A stretch of 64,000 bases of DNA from Centroscyllium fabricii (Eukaryota): contig JBNRSN020000003.1 in the NCBI GenBank assembly GCA_051313645.2, forward strand, positions 359,042,001 to 359,106,000, given 5' to 3'. Below the pieces are notes generated by a model. That model did not search any database and was not told the DNA's origin. It saw only the letters and a list, made by a program, of their open reading frames with translations. The position numbers and the translations under genes were made by a program. Below, piece by piece: positions 59,060 through 64,000 of the stretch; within the stretch, counting starts at the first letter, position 1; each line of letters starts with the position of its first letter.

Positions 59060-62000
59060 TTATCCATTGATGGGATGTGGGCGTCGCTGGCTGGCTAGGC
59101 CTGCATTTAGTGCCCATCCCTAATTGCCCTTGAGAAGATGGTGGTGAGCTGCCTTCTTGAACTGCTGCAGTCCATATGGTGTAGGTACACCCACAATGTT
59201 GTTAGGAAGGGAGCGCCAGGATTTTGGCCCAGCGACAGTGAAGGAGCGGCGATACAGATCCAAGTCAGGATGGTGTGTGGCTTGGAGGGGATCGTGTATG
59301 GGGTGATGTTCCCATGTGTCTGCTGCCCTTGTCCTTCTAAGTGGTAGAGGTCGCGGGTTTGGAAGGTGCTGTTGAAGGAGCTTTGGCGAGTTGCTGCAGT
59401 GCTTCTTGTAGATGGTACACACTGCAGCCACAGTGCGCTGGTGGTGGAGGGAGTGAATGTTGAAGGTGGTGGATGGAGTGCCAATCAAGCGGCCTACTTT
59501 ATCCTGAATGGTGTCGAGCTTCTTGAGTGTTGTTGGAGCTGCACTCATCCAGGCAAGTGGAGAGTATTCCATCACACTCCTGACTTGTGCCTTGTAGATG
59601 CTGGAAAGGCTTTGGGGAGTCAGGAGGTGAGACACTCGCTGCAGAATTCCCAGCCTCTGGCCTGCTCTTGCAGCCACAGTATTTATTTGGCTGGTCCAGT
59701 TCAGTTTCTGATCAATGGTAACCCCCAGGATGTTGATAGTGGGGGATTTGGCAATGATAATGCCATTGAATGTCAAGGGGAGATGGTTAGAGTCTCGCTT
59801 GTTGGAGATGGTCATTACCTGGCACTTGTGTGGTGCGAATGTTACTTGCCACTTGTCAGCCCAAAGCCTGAATGTTGTCCAGGTCTTGCTGTATATGGAC
59901 ACTGACTGCGTCAGTATCTGATGAGTCTTGGATGGTGCTGAACAGTGTGCAATCATCAGCGAAGATCCCTACTTCTGACCTTATGATGGAGGGAAGGTCA
60001 TTGATGAAACAGCTGAAGATGGTTGGGCCTGGGACACTGCTCTGAGGAACTCCTGCAGTGGTGTCCTGTGGTTGAGATGAATGACCTCCAAAACCACAGC
60101 CAACTTCCTTTGTGCTAGGTATGATTCCAACCAATGGAGAGTATGATTCCAACCAATGGAGAGTTTTCCCCTTGATTCCCATTGACTTCAGCTTTGCTAG
60201 GGCTCCTTGATGCCACACTCGATCAAATGCTGCCTTGATGTCAAGGGCAGTCACTCTCACCTCACCTCTTGAGTTCAGCTCTTTTGTCCATTTTGTCTTT
60301 TGTAAGGATCTCCACAGGGCCATCAGCGAGCAGCAGACCGCGCATCCGATAGGAGCCTTTATCGTGGCGGGGGACTTCAACCACGCTAAATTCAAATCCG
60401 TACTCCCGAAATTTCACAAGAATGTCTCCTGCACCACGAGGGGCGAGAACATGCTGGACCAGGTCTACACCAACATCGCAGAGGCTTACAAAGCCATCCC
60501 GTGCCCCCACCTCGGGAATTCCGACCAACTTTCACTGTTCCTCACCACAGCATACAAACCACTCATCAAAAGGGTGAAAGCTTCAGCCAAATCAGTCAGG
60601 GTATGGCCAGAAGGGGCAGTCTCAGAGCTACAAGACTGCTTCGAACGCACTGAATGCAGCATGTTCGCTCACACGGACATCGAGGAATACGCATCCACAG
60701 TGCTATTTTACATCAACAGCTGTGTCGAGGTGGTCACTACCCAAAAAACCATCAAGACATTCCCCAACCAGAAACCCTGGATGAACGGGGAGGTCCGCTC
60801 GCTGCTGAAGGCACGTGACGCAGCTTTCAAATCTGGGGATGTGGCGGCTTACAGCACAGCCAGAGCCAACCTAAAGAGGGGTATCAGGTCTGCCAAACAA
60901 AATCAGACACTGAAGATAGAGGAACACTTTCACAACAACTCGGATCCTCGACGTATGTGGCAAGGCGTACAGTCCATCACGGACTACAAGTGCAAAAACA
61001 CCAGCCCCCCGACCAGCGATGCCTCCCTACCGGAGGAACTCAACAACTTCTACGCTCGCATCTACAGGGACAACAGGGAGCCAGCCACTAAAGTCCTGCA
61101 ATCCCCAGAAGACCAACCATTAACACTGTCCTCCTCCGACGTAAGAGGTGCTCTACGTGGAGTGAACGCACGGAAGGCCGCGGGTCCTGATGGCATCCCC
61201 GGCCGGGCACTCAAAGAATGTGCCGACCAACTAGCTGAAGTCTTCACCGACATCTTCAACCTGTCACTGGCGAAGGCAGCTGTCCCTACCTGCTTCAAGA
61301 CCGCCACCATCATCCCTGTGCCCAAGAAAATGGCCGTGACGTGCCTGAACGACTACCGCCCTGTCGCACTTACACTCATAATCATGAAGTGTTTCGAGCG
61401 GCTGGTCCTGGCCCACATCAAAGCCAACGTCCCCGCCGCCCTGGACCAATACCAGTTCGGCTACCGAGGAAACAGATCAACGGAAGATGCTATCACTACG
61501 GCTCTTCACTCTGCACTAAACCACCTGGATAGCAAAGATATGTATATCAGAATGCTGTTTATTGACTACAGCTCAGCATTCAACACCATCGTCCCCAGCA
61601 AGTTGTCTACCAAACTCCTCACCCTCGGCCTGAACACCTCCCTCTGCACCTGGACCCTGGACTTCCTAAGCAACAGACCACAGTCTGTGAAGTTAGGCAA
61701 CCTCACCTCCCCCCACTTACCCTGAACACAGGGGCTCCAGAAGTCTGTGTGCTGAGCCCCCTCCTCTGCTCCCTCTTCACTCACGACTGTGCAGCTGTCC
61801 ATGGCTCCAACACGATCATCAAGTTTGCGCACGACACCACGGTGGTTGGCCAGATCACCAACAACGATGAGTCAGCCTACAGGGATGAGATACAGCGCCT
61901 TGTGGGATGGTGTGCCGACAACAACCTGGCACTGAACACCAGGAAAACTAAGGAGATCATAGTGGACTTCCGGAGGACTGAAAGCAGAAGACACACCCCC

Positions 62001-63245
62001 ATCTTCATCCAAGGGGCTGAGGTGGAAAGGGTGTCCAGCTTCAAGTTCCTCGGGGTCCACATCTCGGAAGACCTCTCCTGGTCACTAAACACCTCCTCTC
62101 TGGTTAAGAAGACCCAACAGTGCCTGTACTTCCTAAGGAAGCTGAAAAAAGCCAGGTTGTCATCCGGCATCCTCTCCAACTTCTACCGCTGCACAATCGA
62201 AAGTATACTGACAAGCTGCATTACAGTCTGGTATGGAAATTGCACAATCTCGGACCGGAAGGCCCTGCAGCGGGTAGTCAAAACTGCCCAGCGAATCACC
62301 GGTACCCAGCTACCATCAATTGAAAGCATCTGCCTCAAACACTGCCTACGGAGGTCTCTGAACATTATTAAAGACCCCACACACCCCAGCCACAGTCTGT
62401 TCGCCCCCCTGCCCTCCGGGAGACGCTCAGATCAATTCGCACCCGCACGACTAGATTTAAGAACAGCTTCTTCCCCAGGGCTGTCAGCCTCCTGAACTCT
62501 TAAAAAAACAAACCTCCGGTCCCTGCACACCTGAAAATGTACTTTACTGCATGCAATTTAAATGTAATTTATTTGCACTACTCTCGGGAGTGGCGAATCT
62601 TCGTCTCGTTGTATTGTACTAGTACTCTGCAATGACAATAAAACTTGAATTGAATTGAATGTTTGGACCAAGGCTGTAATGAGGTCAGGAGCTGAGTGGC
62701 CCTGGCGGAACCCAAACTGGGTGTCAGTTAGCAGGTTATTGCTGAGTAAGTGCCGTTTGATAGCACTGTCGACGACACCTTCCATCACTTTGCTGATGAT
62801 TGAGAGTAGACTGATGGGACAGTAATTGGCCGGGTCAGATTTGTCCTGCTTTTTGTAGACAGGACATACTTGGGCAATTTTCCACATTGCTGGGTAGATA
62901 CCAGTGTTGTTGCTGTACTGGAACAGCTTGGCTAGGGGTGGAGCTAGTTTTTTAGCACAAGTCTTCAGTACTATTACCGGAATGTTGTCAGGGCCCATAG
63001 CCTTTGCAGTATCCAGTGTCTTCAGCCGTTTCTTGACATCACGTGGAGTGAATTGAATGGGCTGAAGACTGGCATCTGTGATGCTGGGGACCTCAGGAGG
63101 AGGCTGAGATGGATCATCCACTCGGCATTTCTGGCTGAAGATAGTTGCAAATGCTTCAGCATTGTCTTTTGCACTCACGTGCTGGGCTCCACCATCATTG
63201 AGGATGGGGATATTTTTGGAGCCTCCTCCTCCTGTTAACTGTTTA
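59060..63245 (-). mobile_element. 5'-truncated LINE (CR1/L2 group), split by a Rex1
   Basis: KAMGPDNIP, QFGFRQGHS..LITALVQT | WTKELNSRGEVRVTALDIKAAFDRVWH, IFADD, YKAQVRSVMEY. Confidence 0.85.
60308..62660 (+). mobile_element. 5'-truncated, frameshifted Rex1/Babar LINE
   Basis: ORFs 60235-61725 and 61749-62495 closely match the copy at 3177-5951; AATAAA plus (TTGAA)n tail. Confidence 0.92.
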
Positions 63246-64000
63246 ATTACCCCCAATCCCGTGATATTTTATCTTGTGCAGTAATCTTTTGTGTGGTACC
63301 TTGTCAAATGCCTTTTGGAAGTCCAAATACACTACATCCACTGGTTCCCCTTTATCCACCCTGTTTGTTACGTCCTCAAAGAATTCGAGCAAATTTGTCA
63401 GACATGACTTCCCTTTTGTAAAACCATGCTGACTCTGTCTGATTAAATTATGCTTATCCAAATGTCCTGTTACTGCTCCCTTAATAATGGACACCAGCAT
63501 TTTACCAACCATAGATGTTAGGCTATAGTTTCCAGCATTTGTCTGTCTCCCTTTTTAAATAAGGGCGTTACATTAGCAGTTTTCCAATCCGCTGGGACCA
63601 TTCCCGAATCGTGTGATTTTTGGAAAATTGCCACCAATGCATCCACAATCCCTACCGCTACTTCTTTCAAGACCCGAGGATGCAAGCCATCAGGTCCAGG
63701 TGATTTATCCACTTTCAGTCCCATTATTTTATCGAGTTCCACCTCCTTAATAATTTTAATCGTGTTTAGCTACTTCCCCTTTATATTCCCCTGTTTGTCT
63801 AATGTTGGAATATTTTTAGTGTCCTCTACTGTAAAAACTGATACAAAATATTTGTTCAGCGTTTTTGCCATCTCCATGTTTTCTACCACTAACTTCCCAG
63901 TCTCGTCCTCTAAGGGACCAACATTCACTTTAGCCACCCTTTTTCTCTTTATATAACTGCAGAAACTCTTGCGATCTGTTTTTATATTTTTTGCTAGTTT

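Larger units (their letters stand above)
48050..64000 (-). mobile_element. Single CR1 LINE fragmented by nested insertions (pieces about 48297-48496, 53273-53697, 58619-59050, 63246-64000)
   Basis: Sequence and reading frame resume across each insertion, e.g. HGIGGN | ILAWVEDWL; TSDs at the Penelope and Gypsy junctions. Confidence 0.82.

Overview
Eukaryotic, repeat-saturated window. The SINE/CR1 content suggests a cartilaginous fish (inference). The only host gene I can support is the first two coding exons of the palmitoyltransferase ZDHHC21 (+ strand, 38943-39096 and 39949-40047); its DHHC-motif exon is not in the window. Positions 1-14630 hold the 5' end of a Gypsy element and a C-rich (CCCCCCAAGTCACT-like) satellite broken by three co-oriented LINEs (two RTE-X-like, one Rex1/Babar). 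The middle carries CR1, L2 and RTE fragments, SINEs, several MITEs, a solo LTR and a transposase-less Harbinger element with an intact spliced MADF/BESS-like gene. From 48050 to the end, one CR1 is split by nested insertions: a Penelope element with hammerhead ribozyme motifs, a full-length Gypsy, and a second LINE that itself contains a Rex1. Best leads: two Gypsy elements with no tRNA primer-binding site but an LTR-to-leader fold-back, the MADF-only Harbinger, the Penelope hammerheads, NRF1/YY1-motif MITEs with different cores, and flank-templated filler at Rex1 5' junctions. Family names come from recognising motifs by eye, not from database searches, and boundaries of degraded repeats are approximate.
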